A stretch of 64,000 bases of DNA, taken from assembly GCA_017610385.1 (NCBI GenBank), contig JAFCCC010000002.1, forward strand, positions 64,001-128,000, given 5' to 3'. The notes below the pieces were generated by a model, which searched no databases, was not told where the DNA came from, and saw nothing but the letters and a program-made list of their open reading frames with translations. Each line of letters starts with the position of its first letter. The first letter of the stretch is position 1. This DNA is from Candidatus Nanohalarchaeota archaeon. Lineage in GTDB: Archaea > Nanohalarchaeota > Nanosalinia > Nanosalinales > JAFCCC01. The position numbers and the translations under genes are program-made. This document shows positions 29,421 through 39,534 of this stretch, one piece after another.

Positions 29421-29855
29421 CTATCGCCTCATTTTGTAATTTAAATTCATATTAATTTCTCTTAAAAGTTCGATTATTGTTTGATTTTGGGTTGTCATTA
29501 CATCTAGTTTAGCTGTTAAACGATCATTTTGTGAAACTTCAGGGGTTGTTGATCTCTCATATAATGATCTTGTCCTTTCACGATATTGCGGGTTTTCTTT
29601 TGCATATGAACTAAGTGCAGAAGGGGTGGATTGCATAGTCGACCTGCTTTGTAATATCTGAGAAGCATTCTTTTGCTCTCTTTGTGGTGAATTTTGAATA
29701 GTATTTGAATAATTTCTTTCTGGATATTTCAGAGTTTCTGAACTTGGTTGATTTATCTGGGATTTTTGTGAAAGATAATTTGACGAGGAATATTTTTGAG
29801 TGGTTTTTGTATTTTCTCCTTTCAAGAATTTTTTAAATTTACTAAAAAGCCCCAT
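29421..29855 (-). CDS. Disordered S/Q-rich protein with N-terminal amphipathic helix and C-terminal coiled coil (paralogue 1)
   Basis: MGLFSKFKKFLKG start; KLDVMTTQNQTIIELLREI motif. Confidence 0.75.
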   Translation of the reverse strand: MGLFSKFKKFLKGENTKTTQKYSSSNYLSQKSQINQPSSETLKYPERNYSNTIQNSPQREQKNASQILQSRSTMQSTPSALSSYAKENPQYRERTRSLYERSTTPEVSQNDRLTAKLDVMTTQNQTIIELLREINMNLNYKMRR

Positions 29856-29955
29856 CACCACAACCTCTTATTTACTATAAACACAATATTTATTATAAAT
29901 ACCGTTTGTTATAAATACAAATAGTATATTGCTCCTATAGTATTTATGTAATGTG

Positions 29956-30007
29956 GCTATTGAAGTGAGAAATGTATTTATATAATATAGCTATTGAGGT
30001 GAGAAAT
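29956..30007 (+). promoter_or_regulatory. TATA box flanked by an 18-bp direct repeat (candidate operator)
   Basis: gctattgaagtgagaaat (29956-29973), TTTATATA (29977-29984), gctattgaggtgagaaat (29990-30007, includes GAGGTGA SD). Confidence 0.6.
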
Positions 30008-30009
30008 TA

Positions 30010-31539
30010 GTGAAGGATTATTGTATGCATGGCTGTTATCCGGTTGATAGTACTTTTTTTGAAGGTTCTGGAATTGATGCTGAAAAATTTATTAAAAGCC
30101 TAAAGCTGGCTGAAGACATAAATAAAAAAGTTCTTGAAACCCTAAAGGAGCTTAAAATAACGCATATAGACGGTCTGTATTCTTATCGTGTTCTTATTAC
30201 TTTATTATCAGATGTGGTTGGCTCAGATGTTGGTGAAAGGATTTTAGATGAAATGGGAAGCACATTACACTATAAATCTGGCCTAGGAGAACCATATGTT
30301 GCAAAAGGAGATAGAACATTAGTTATTGGTGCTAAAAAACAAGGTAAGCCGATGGGCGCATATAGAACATTAGGTTCTCTGTTAGGTTTTCAATATGGAT
30401 ATCAAAGGCATAAAGTTAATGAATGGTTAAATGTAAGTCCAAGATCTCAATTTTACAATGAAATGATGGGTCGGAGAGGGGAGGCAGAACAACAAGTTAA
30501 TCGAGTTTTAGCAACGCTAAGTGATCTTTATCAACAGAAACACTTGTTAGAACATGATATTAGAAAATTAAATGAAAGGATTTCAAGTTTCAAAATATAT
30601 GACGAAAGTAAAGGGGAACGAGAAGAGGCGCTTAAAGCAGATTTTATTGATTTGGTGGATATTCAAACAGGAAGACATAGTTTGTTAACTATGCAGAGCG
30701 AAAATATTTTTCCAACTATTACTGCTGATTTTTATAGAATGAAAAAACCAGAGGATTTAAAAACTGGTGCTCCGATGGGAAATTTGCCTGAATCTGAAAA
30801 AGCCATGTTAAGAAAAAAATGGTATTTGTATGACAAATGGAAAAGTGAATACCAACAGGTGGTTGCTGGTAAAGTTAAGGATCTTGATATGCGATTAAAT
30901 TCAATTTTAACATCCATTAAACAGAATGAGGAAGGAATTAGACCATATGTCAGAACATTAGTAGAATTACGTGGTACATCTACGGAAGAGTTAGATCGTA
31001 TGACAGATCTTCAGATGATGCAAGGATATTCTTCAAGCTGGAGAGGTATGAAATTAGTATGCTACAAGGCCGTGCGTGAAAATCCGGGTGGAGGAGATTC
31101 TCATTATGATGTTTTGGTTGTTAATATAGATCATCTTACGCTTGCCAATACTGAACAGCCTGCAGCTCCTGGAGCTGGTGGTGCAGCATTGATTTTAAAA
31201 TTTAAAGAATATTTGGTTTGTAAACATGTTTTTGATTTAGCTTTTAAGCCACAAATTGATAATAAAAAGGGTGAAGTTGAAAAATTCATGGATTTATATA
31301 CGGGAAAATCACCATGGATAGATACAATTAAAAAATTAGAGCCACATTTAAAAACAGTTAAAGAATTTAAGAAATCTGCGAAACCCAGTAAATGGGCCTA
31401 CGCAATGGGAAAAGCAGATGGATTCTATGTTCGTTTAGAAGAATTAGATGATTTAAGAACGAAACTGGTTGGGCCACCACATATATCTCCTCTTTATCTA
31501 GATTTGAAATATGCAATAGGAATGTTTGTAACAAGCTAA
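30010..31539 (+). CDS. Uncharacterised large helical/coiled-coil protein
   Basis: 509 aa, GTG start after GAGGTGA; two long heptad segments; no TM. Confidence 0.8.
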   Translation: MKDYCMHGCYPVDSTFFEGSGIDAEKFIKSLKLAEDINKKVLETLKELKITHIDGLYSYRVLITLLSDVVGSDVGERILDEMGSTLHYKSGLGEPYVAKGDRTLVIGAKKQGKPMGAYRTLGSLLGFQYGYQRHKVNEWLNVSPRSQFYNEMMGRRGEAEQQVNRVLATLSDLYQQKHLLEHDIRKLNERISSFKIYDESKGEREEALKADFIDLVDIQTGRHSLLTMQSENIFPTITADFYRMKKPEDLKTGAPMGNLPESEKAMLRKKWYLYDKWKSEYQQVVAGKVKDLDMRLNSILTSIKQNEEGIRPYVRTLVELRGTSTEELDRMTDLQMMQGYSSSWRGMKLVCYKAVRENPGGGDSHYDVLVVNIDHLTLANTEQPAAPGAGGAALILKFKEYLVCKHVFDLAFKPQIDNKKGEVEKFMDLYTGKSPWIDTIKKLEPHLKTVKEFKKSAKPSKWAYAMGKADGFYVRLEELDDLRTKLVGPPHISPLYLDLKYAIGMFVTS

Positions 31540-31632
31540 ATTGCAAATATAATGGGGGATTTTTTATGAGTTTGATTGAAATCATTTGATATTTCAGTTG
31601 CTTTTATAATTCACGGATGACAAGAATATTTT

Positions 31633-33669
31633 ATGGGCTCGGTTTTGGAACAATTTCGAGAATTTCTTAGAGGAGAGCATAAATCAAAGAGACTGTATCA
31701 TTATTTGGGTTGCTCATCTGGAGCTCCAGTTTCTGATAAGATACCTGTTTTATTGGGCAGACGAGCGGGGTGGGCCACGCGGCAAGGAGCCAATTTTATA
31801 GAATTGTTTACAGGACCGCCTTCTGAGTTGATTATGGAAAAAGAAGAATTAATTAATACTGCGGCCAGATTAGGCCTTAATTATTCTATTCATCCCTCTG
31901 AGCAATTGGGCTTAGATAGTTCTTATGTCATGGCGAGAAATGGATATTTAATTGCTCAAGAATATTTACGAAAAATCATAATTTATGCGGGATTATTAAA
32001 ATTGGGGTTAATCGAGCGATTTAAAAAAGAAAGATTAAATACAGATGAAGTTCTTACTTCAATTAATATTCACATTTCAAACAAGCCAATTCCACCTTTT
32101 GCTGAAAAATTGGCGGGGGATGTTTCTCTGGATCCATTTGGAAATGATATTAGAAAAGTACGATTGAAAAATGAAAAAGGAAAAGAGATTCCTCATCCGA
32201 TTTTCTCAAATAAGTTATTCAGAGAACGACTTTGGAAACACTATATTTTACCGAATGAGGATAAACTGATATTAGTAAGATTATTGGCTGAAAAAATAGC
32301 TAGAAAGCCCTTTGAAAAAATTTTTGAGAGCTATTTTAATAATCTTTTACAAAATCAACAATTTTCAGAAGACGAAGAAAAAAATAAAGAGATTATAAAA
32401 AAAGAAATGGCATTCCCATTTGATATACGATTTAAACGCCATACAAATTTACAAACGCCCGCAGTTGAACATACCATACAAGACAAAAACATGTTTAAGG
32501 CGGTGGAGAAATCGTTTATAGAAAAAATTGATGGGATAGAAATTTTATGGGGAGGTCGTGTTGAATGTTTGAATCCAGATAAAATTCTTCAAGAATCTTT
32601 TTTGTTTAGGGAACTTTTGCCGAGATGGATGCCACACGCAAAAGAAAAACCAATTAGAGATATTTGGGAAGGAATTGTTGGTAAAAAATATAATGGTTCT
32701 GAAAAGGATGTCACTCAAGCTGAAAAAAAGCTTATAAAACTTCGTGCAGCTGTCAGAGGAGAACAAAAAATTATAGCAGCTTCAGCAGGCGCATATACTT
32801 GGGGACATCTTACTCAATACACGGATTGGGCTCCGGGAGTTCCAGAGTATGATGGAAGCAATAAAAAAAAGCCTAAAAAGGCCACATTAGCTGAGCTTTT
32901 GGCACATTTTAAAATTCAAATTACCCTAGAGTGTCATATGTCGGGGGGGTTAGGAGAAACTATACGAATTTTTGCTCCAGAGGATGTTCTAGTTATTGCA
33001 AAAGCCGTAAATGAAACTAAAAGTCCATTAACAAAAAAAACATATGATATTGCAAGAATAACCATTGACATGGAACAGATTTCAACAATGGGTGTAGATC
33101 CTATTTGGATGATGAAAGGAGATAAAGCACAAGGATTCAAAGGATTATCCATTAAAAAACAAGATGGAAAATTCATTAGAGTGGTGCACGTCACACACCC
33201 CTATATTATGATGGGTGGTTCTGGACACCAACACGGACCAATAAGAAGAGGGGATACGCAGGTATTCAAATATCTTTACCTGATGAATGAAAGAGGAATG
33301 GGAAGTCGCGAAAATGAAAAAACAATTATAATGTATGAAATTGGAACTGAAAAAGCAGAATCTGTTTTTATGATAAGATTGATGATTGAAATGATTGAAG
33401 CAGGAATAACTCCAAAAGATTTAAAAGTTGAGAACATTCAAGAGTTAATGGATAAAGAACCACGAGATTTAAAGGAGAAACTGATTCAAGAATTCTTTGG
33501 ATTGAGTGAAGCTGAAATGAGACAAGAATGGGCACAAATTCAAGAGCATACTACAGACCCGTTAAAGGGGATGTTAGGATCTACAAAACCAGATCATACT
33601 TGGACTGGAAAAGCGGCACTAGATCGAAGAAATGCTCCAGAAGAATATAAAGGAGAACAATATAAGTAA
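31633..33669 (+). CDS. Xylose-isomerase/endonuclease-IV-like TIM-barrel protein with a large helical insertion
   Basis: Strand-end ligand pattern YSIHP, INIHIS, TLECH, TIDME, VVHVTH, HQHGP, IMYEIG. Confidence 0.65.
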   Translation: MGSVLEQFREFLRGEHKSKRLYHYLGCSSGAPVSDKIPVLLGRRAGWATRQGANFIELFTGPPSELIMEKEELINTAARLGLNYSIHPSEQLGLDSSYVMARNGYLIAQEYLRKIIIYAGLLKLGLIERFKKERLNTDEVLTSINIHISNKPIPPFAEKLAGDVSLDPFGNDIRKVRLKNEKGKEIPHPIFSNKLFRERLWKHYILPNEDKLILVRLLAEKIARKPFEKIFESYFNNLLQNQQFSEDEEKNKEIIKKEMAFPFDIRFKRHTNLQTPAVEHTIQDKNMFKAVEKSFIEKIDGIEILWGGRVECLNPDKILQESFLFRELLPRWMPHAKEKPIRDIWEGIVGKKYNGSEKDVTQAEKKLIKLRAAVRGEQKIIAASAGAYTWGHLTQYTDWAPGVPEYDGSNKKKPKKATLAELLAHFKIQITLECHMSGGLGETIRIFAPEDVLVIAKAVNETKSPLTKKTYDIARITIDMEQISTMGVDPIWMMKGDKAQGFKGLSIKKQDGKFIRVVHVTHPYIMMGGSGHQHGPIRRGDTQVFKYLYLMNERGMGSRENEKTIIMYEIGTEKAESVFMIRLMIEMIEAGITPKDLKVENIQELMDKEPRDLKEKLIQEFFGLSEAEMRQEWAQIQEHTTDPLKGMLGSTKPDHTWTGKAALDRRNAPEEYKGEQYK

Positions 33670-33732
33670 GATTGTTACTATGAAGTAGAAAACTATATAT
33701 ATCGTAAGAAACAATACACAGGTAGTGGAGAA

Positions 33733-34995
33733 ATGTCATCAAAAAAAACAACTAAAGCTAAAAAACCTGAAACACTTTCCTCAAAAACTGTTTTAAAAAA
33801 TGGTAAAATTGATTTTACAAAACTAGATAATTCTAAAGAAGCAAGACTTGCAAGTGTTGATAAATTTGCAAAAGAATTAGTCAAAAAGTTAGGTGATAAA
33901 GTAAAATGTGTTGTTGTATGGGGTTCTGTAATTCGAGGAGAACATACCCCGGAAAGTGATATTGATACGTTTGTTTTATTAGATGATACAAAATTAGCCG
34001 AAGATGTTCCTTTGGATGTCAAAGAAAAAATACGGTGGAAGGTTGCAGATTTAGCAAAAGAAATTGATCCTAGGATTACTTTACAATATTTTACGTTTTT
34101 AACAGAGTTTTGGGATGACATGCGACACGGAGAACCATTGGTTATTGATGTTCTAAGATGGGGTCATATTATTTATGATGTTGGAATTTTCGCTCCAGCT
34201 AAAAAATTATTAGAAAGAGGAAAGATTTCTTCTAGTAGAGAAGCTATTATGAGAAGATTGAGTATAGCCTCTTCTGGCTTTAAGCAATGCGATTATAGAT
34301 TAAAAAAATCTATTCCATTTCAATTAGAACAAATTATGGCAAATGCCGGTCAAGCACCAATAATGATTTTAGGAAGTATCCCTCCTGGAAAAGAAGCTAT
34401 TGGCAAAACATTAGATGAACTTTTTGTAAAAAGCAAAATGTTAGAAAAAGAATATGTGGATCTTGCTAATGATATTCATGAATTCGCGAACAAGGCAGAA
34501 AAAGGAAAAGTCAAAGTTACAGGAATGCTGCTTGAAGAATATATGAACAAAACAGATAAATTTATCAAGAGAATGTATGCGCTTGTTAGTCAATTAGGGA
34601 ATAGAAGGAAAGCACAAGATTTAATTGAAACTTACAAATTATTTTTGAAAATTAATGTTGCGGCGTTAAAATCAAAGGGAATTGATCCGCCAAAAAACAA
34701 AGAGGATTTACCTAAAATTATAAGAAACAATCTACAATTTAAGGAGTCTTATTTGAATTTATTTGGTCGCTGGGATGATTTAATGGAGAAAATAAAAGAG
34801 AAGAAACTGAAAGAAATTGATGGTAAAACTATTTATGAATTAAAGGGGGATACAAGAGCATTTATTTCTGAAATTGGCAAAGATTTACGGAAAGCTGGAG
34901 TGGGTGCATTTAAAAAGAGTGATACCAATTCAAATAAATTATCTGGTAAGGCAAAATCAACTAAAAAGAAGTTAAAGCCAGCGAAATCAAAATGA
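33733..34995 (+). CDS. Pol-beta-family nucleotidyltransferase with C-terminal helical (HEPN-like) domains
   Basis: VVWGSVIRGEHTPESDIDTFVLLDD (GS...DxD) followed by all-helical domains. Confidence 0.8.
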   Translation: MSSKKTTKAKKPETLSSKTVLKNGKIDFTKLDNSKEARLASVDKFAKELVKKLGDKVKCVVVWGSVIRGEHTPESDIDTFVLLDDTKLAEDVPLDVKEKIRWKVADLAKEIDPRITLQYFTFLTEFWDDMRHGEPLVIDVLRWGHIIYDVGIFAPAKKLLERGKISSSREAIMRRLSIASSGFKQCDYRLKKSIPFQLEQIMANAGQAPIMILGSIPPGKEAIGKTLDELFVKSKMLEKEYVDLANDIHEFANKAEKGKVKVTGMLLEEYMNKTDKFIKRMYALVSQLGNRRKAQDLIETYKLFLKINVAALKSKGIDPPKNKEDLPKIIRNNLQFKESYLNLFGRWDDLMEKIKEKKLKEIDGKTIYELKGDTRAFISEIGKDLRKAGVGAFKKSDTNSNKLSGKAKSTKKKLKPAKSK

Positions 34996-35069
34996 AATTT
35001 GAAATATATTTATTAGATTAAGTCTAATTTATGTCTATGAGGATTATTCGTCATATAACGATTAATTTT

Positions 35070-35618
35070 ATGAAGAAATTCAATTTTAAAAATAAATCTC
35101 TTCAAATTAGTTCATTTCTTGCAGGACTTGCAGTTATTGCGTTGATTATAGTTTTATTGTACTCATCAACACAAACTGAGGATGTATCGAAATTAATTCT
35201 TTCTAAAAATATAGAACCTTTTGAATTAGTGGATAATTCTACATTAAATACGGCTCTTTCTTCTAATATCATATCACAAGGTATTGAAGAAATTGGAACA
35301 GGTGTTTACAATGTTAATAATGCTTTCGCAGCATATTTACAAATAACTAAATTTAATAGTCAAGAAAATGCTAAGAAATATTTTTCTGAAAAGGTAACTT
35401 TTTGGAAAGAAAAGAGTCAGAAATATGAGCAAATGAGTTTTTCTCAGGTTAAAATGACCAATAAATTAGTTTTACAAGGAATCACGAAAGGAACAAAAAC
35501 ATCAACCTATGACTACGTTTGGAGAGATAGAATTTTTATTTACGAGGTATCTGGTAAAAAATTAGACGTAAATTATCCCTTAAAACTAAGTAAATTGCTT
35601 TGGGGTGATTTTCAATGA
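35070..35618 (+). CDS. Membrane-anchored extracytoplasmic protein
   Basis: N-terminal TM then an alpha/beta domain; ATGA overlap with the vWA gene; start could also be 35031. Confidence 0.65.
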   Translation: MKKFNFKNKSLQISSFLAGLAVIALIIVLLYSSTQTEDVSKLILSKNIEPFELVDNSTLNTALSSNIISQGIEEIGTGVYNVNNAFAAYLQITKFNSQENAKKYFSEKVTFWKEKSQKYEQMSFSQVKMTNKLVLQGITKGTKTSTYDYVWRDRIFIYEVSGKKLDVNYPLKLSKLLWGDFQ

Positions 35619-37741
35619 AAGTATCAGCTTTAATGAACTTTTCAGCTTTGCTTTTACTTTGCCTTCTTGCAATTGTAAGTCTAAATCTTATTGAAAATGT
35701 ATTTGGTGCAGAGAGCTATATTACTCCCAATGGAAAATGGTTTAGTATGGACAATGTCGAATTTAAAATTGATATGGGCGGTTTGGACCCTGAAGATTAT
35801 GTTAATTATAGTTGTAACTATGAAATCATTGAAAATTCAGATGTTTGTCCTGAAAGTGAAACACAATTTATAGAATCATTGGGCAGCTCTGGAAATATAA
35901 CTTGTGACCCTGGTGCCCTATGCAATAAGGTAGTATGTTATTATTGTAAAGTTAATCGAACTAATAGAACCCGAATTCATGATCCAGAAAGCAATAAGCC
36001 GTGGAAATTCATCTGGTTTGTTGAAAATTGGACTGAAATCTACGGAATAAACAGAAGTGACCCTTTTATAATTAATATACCAAATGGCAGTATTGAGGTA
36101 ACTGTAAATAAAACATTAGAAGGAGAATTAATTCTTGGTGCGCCAGTTAATATTATTTTAACTGGGACTGTTAATTTTTTAACTCAAACGATTCCTGTCG
36201 ATGTTATGCTAATAATGGATAGGTCTGGTAGTATGTCCGGAGATAAAATAACACAATCAAAGACAGCAGCAATTATTTTTACCAATCAAATATTATCTAA
36301 AGATAGAATAGGACTAACTTCTTTTGCAAGTACTGCAACCCTAGAAGCAGGACTGACTACAAATAAAGATTTGGTAAAAACTAAAATTAATTCCTTGGTT
36401 GCTTCTGGTATGACTGCAATGGGTGATGGAATGTATGTCTCACTCAAGGAACTAGAAAATAATGCTCGTTCTGACGTACTAAAATTTGCTGTTCTATTAA
36501 CAGATGGGCATCATAATTCCGGCAGTAAAACACCTTTAGAAGAAGCACAATGGGCCAAAAATCTTAATATTTCTATATATACAATTGGATTAGGCGCGGG
36601 AGCAGATGAAAACCTATTGATTAAGATTGCTAGCGAAACCAATGGAAAATATTTCTTTTCTCCGACCGAAGAAGAATTAGGTAATATTTACCAGCAAGTT
36701 GCTCAAGATATTTATGCAAGAGCAAGTAACAATAAAATTTATGATTTTCTACCTCTTTCTGCTGAAGTAATAGATTCAGATGGCGGCACAGTTAATCAAA
36801 TTACCTTAAATGAAGAAACATATCGCATAATTGCTTGGAATCATGGTTTAATAACTCCCTTAACTCCTTTGCTTATTAATTATACTGTGGCTTTCCATGA
36901 GTTTGGAGAACAACAAATTTGCTTTGAAAATAAATCTGTTATTTCATACGCCGATGTTGATGGATCAAAACAATTCAAATATTTTCCATTGATTAATGGT
37001 TCTAAGACTGTACAAATACCATATATTGATCTTGCATTTTTAGACTTGGATGGCATAGTTAAAAAAGATTTAAGTTCTAATTTAAACTCTGTTATTTTAA
37101 ATAATGGAACTATTACGTCTATACCAACCAAAATTGCGTTTTATAATAAAAGTGCTTTGGGAAATAAGTTTGGAACAGTAGAAGTTTCTTCTTTGGTAGT
37201 AAATGCTTCAGATGAATTTACTTTTATCTGGAACATTCCAGACAATAATACCTTAAAATATGAAATTTATGGTGTTGTTGATCCTTATAATGAAATAGAA
37301 GAACCTAATGAAGATAATAACATACGAGAATTCATATTGTGGAATGATTGGACTCCACCACAAGTATTCTGTGATCAAGCATATGAACAAGAAGATGTTA
37401 ATTTGATTTTCTCTCCAAAAATCAAAGATGTGGGTGCTGGTGTTGGGCGTGTACGACTTTGTAAAGATGCTTATTGTAAAGAAGTGTTTTGCGAATATGA
37501 TGGAAATGAAACCAGTTCGTGTGTATATGCTGTTGATGAATGTACATTTGAGAATGTTGGATTTTGGATATTTGCATCAGATAAAGCATTAAATACTAAT
37601 TTAACGTATTGCGGGGATATTGAAGTTAAAAAATCACTTAATTGTGTGTGTTCTTACTCTACTGAATGTGATTCTGGTCTTTGTGAGGGGGGGCCAACAC
37701 TTTGTACAGAAAATCCCATACCACAACTATACTTTATATAA
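35615..37741 (+). CDS. Secreted vWA-domain protein with CARDB-like domain and Cys-rich C-terminal domain
   Basis: Signal peptide; intact MIDAS (DRSGS, GMTAMG, LLTDG); VDPYNEIEEPNEDNN CARDB end; ends ENPIPQLYFI. Confidence 0.88.
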   Translation: MKVSALMNFSALLLLCLLAIVSLNLIENVFGAESYITPNGKWFSMDNVEFKIDMGGLDPEDYVNYSCNYEIIENSDVCPESETQFIESLGSSGNITCDPGALCNKVVCYYCKVNRTNRTRIHDPESNKPWKFIWFVENWTEIYGINRSDPFIINIPNGSIEVTVNKTLEGELILGAPVNIILTGTVNFLTQTIPVDVMLIMDRSGSMSGDKITQSKTAAIIFTNQILSKDRIGLTSFASTATLEAGLTTNKDLVKTKINSLVASGMTAMGDGMYVSLKELENNARSDVLKFAVLLTDGHHNSGSKTPLEEAQWAKNLNISIYTIGLGAGADENLLIKIASETNGKYFFSPTEEELGNIYQQVAQDIYARASNNKIYDFLPLSAEVIDSDGGTVNQITLNEETYRIIAWNHGLITPLTPLLINYTVAFHEFGEQQICFENKSVISYADVDGSKQFKYFPLINGSKTVQIPYIDLAFLDLDGIVKKDLSSNLNSVILNNGTITSIPTKIAFYNKSALGNKFGTVEVSSLVVNASDEFTFIWNIPDNNTLKYEIYGVVDPYNEIEEPNEDNNIREFILWNDWTPPQVFCDQAYEQEDVNLIFSPKIKDVGAGVGRVRLCKDAYCKEVFCEYDGNETSSCVYAVDECTFENVGFWIFASDKALNTNLTYCGDIEVKKSLNCVCSYSTECDSGLCEGGPTLCTENPIPQLYFI

Positions 37742-37926
37742 AAAATAGAATATTTAACTCATTTAACTCATTTTAGAAGACAATATTTCTTTTAGAATAT
37801 AATGTGGGCTTGTGGTTACTGTAAACATAATTATTTGATAGTATGTCTATCTTATTTGATAATACATCTCTCTTTTTTCAAAACAGAGTAGTAAACTATA
37901 TTTATCAACAAAATCTAAATTAGGTT

Positions 37927-39534
37927 ATGAGAGAACATTTAATACTTTTATTAGTATTTTTTCTAATTGTTGGTGGAACTGTTTCTGCAGAGGAGAATAT
38001 ATTTTATAACGGAGGAATGAAAATCGAAACACAAAAAATACATTATCTTCCGGGAGAGTCTTTTGAGGGGAGTGCAATCCTATTTAATGAAGAAAATTTT
38101 CCATTAATTAGTGCATATTTGATAGTAGTTCTTCAGGAAGGATGTGAAAAACCCACTTATCCTACACAATTCTCAGATTGCGATAATATTTTTTTAGAAG
38201 ATAAAATTGAAAATATAAATTTGGGTGCAAATTCACAAAAAAGAATTGATTTTTCTTACAAATTGCCAGAAAATCTCAAACAAGGAGTTTATCGGGCGGA
38301 TTTCTATTTTAAAACAAATAGAACGCCAATAGTAGGTCTTCCATTTATTTTAAGTGGAAGCAATTATGTGAGCTTTACAATAGATGGATCCGCGCAATTC
38401 CCTTCTGTAAAAATACTAAGAACCAAAACGTATTTTAAAGGAGTAGAACGTGAATTGGGCGTTTGGAAGAATGATTCGGAATACCCTAAGTGGCCCTGGA
38501 GTGCAGGACCAGTTGGAATTCCAGTAGAATCACAAATTATTGGAAATGTTAGTATTCAAAATGAGATTTCAACCGCAACAGACAACTTAGAGCTTCTTGT
38601 TTCTGTTTATGGGTGGGATGACACCTCGTCTGAGTTAATCTCTTCAAAAAAATATAACTTTTCACTTAATCCCTCAGAACAAAAAATCATCCCAGTAGAA
38701 TTAAATGCTCCAGAAAAAGCAGGAGCATATACCATTAGATTAGAAGTTCTGCAAGACAATCAGAAACTTTCTGTTTATAAAACAAGGGTAATTGTTATTG
38801 GAGAAACTGCGAGAATAAGAAAACTTTATGTGAATAAACCTTATTTTAAGGAAAATGATGCGCTTCAAATTAATATGCTAGTTGGTACTTCGCCAGATCA
38901 TTATACAAAACCTACAATGAAGGATTTAACTGCTTCTGTAGAAGTAATAGATTTATCTACTGGTGCTCTGGTTCTTCGGAGCTCTAAAAAAATCAGTGAA
39001 CTATCTTCGGAAAACAAATTAATTTTGGTAAATTTCACAAAGAAACTCAAAAAACAATTAAGCAATTTTAAGGTTACTGGAAAAATCGTTTCTTCAAAAA
39101 AGGAAGTTTATGATGTGTATGAAATCGTAGTGAATTCTGAAAATTTCGTTTCAGGTGTGGATAATATAACAGTCGCTTTGGAAAATTATGACTCTGAAAC
39201 CAGAAATTTAACTATAAAAATCTGTACTTTTAACAAAGATCAAATACCGGTAAGTACAGAGATTCAAGCAATTTTGCGGGATGACTTGAATATCATAAAG
39301 AATCAAAAACTAAGCTGTTCTCCTTGTACATATCTAAATTTCATTGCAGAAAAACAGAATTACACATTATTTGTAAGTGCAAATAAACAACAATTTAATT
39401 TTCCAATTAGTGTACCAGAGAACTCAATTTCAACAAATGATAAAGAATCTTCAAGTTTGATTTGGGGATTAATTGGTGGGGCGGCAATTATTGTTTTAAT
39501 AAGTTTGTTCTTGCTTTGGAGAGGGAAAAAATGA
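37927..39534 (+). CDS. Secreted Ig-like multi-domain protein with C-terminal TM anchor
   Basis: Signal peptide; beta-rich repeats (PENLKQGVY, PEKAGAY); TM LIWGLIGGAAIIVLISLFLLW followed by RGKK. Confidence 0.78.
   Translation: MREHLILLLVFFLIVGGTVSAEENIFYNGGMKIETQKIHYLPGESFEGSAILFNEENFPLISAYLIVVLQEGCEKPTYPTQFSDCDNIFLEDKIENINLGANSQKRIDFSYKLPENLKQGVYRADFYFKTNRTPIVGLPFILSGSNYVSFTIDGSAQFPSVKILRTKTYFKGVERELGVWKNDSEYPKWPWSAGPVGIPVESQIIGNVSIQNEISTATDNLELLVSVYGWDDTSSELISSKKYNFSLNPSEQKIIPVELNAPEKAGAYTIRLEVLQDNQKLSVYKTRVIVIGETARIRKLYVNKPYFKENDALQINMLVGTSPDHYTKPTMKDLTASVEVIDLSTGALVLRSSKKISELSSENKLILVNFTKKLKKQLSNFKVTGKIVSSKKEVYDVYEIVVNSENFVSGVDNITVALENYDSETRNLTIKICTFNKDQIPVSTEIQAILRDDLNIIKNQKLSCSPCTYLNFIAEKQNYTLFVSANKQQFNFPISVPENSISTNDKESSSLIWGLIGGAAIIVLISLFLLWRGKK

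Noticed and set aside
37752-37861. Short direct repeats (atttaactc x2, ttatttgata x2) in the surface cluster intergenic region
   Set aside because: Short AT-rich repeats that cannot be distinguished from slippage or chance.
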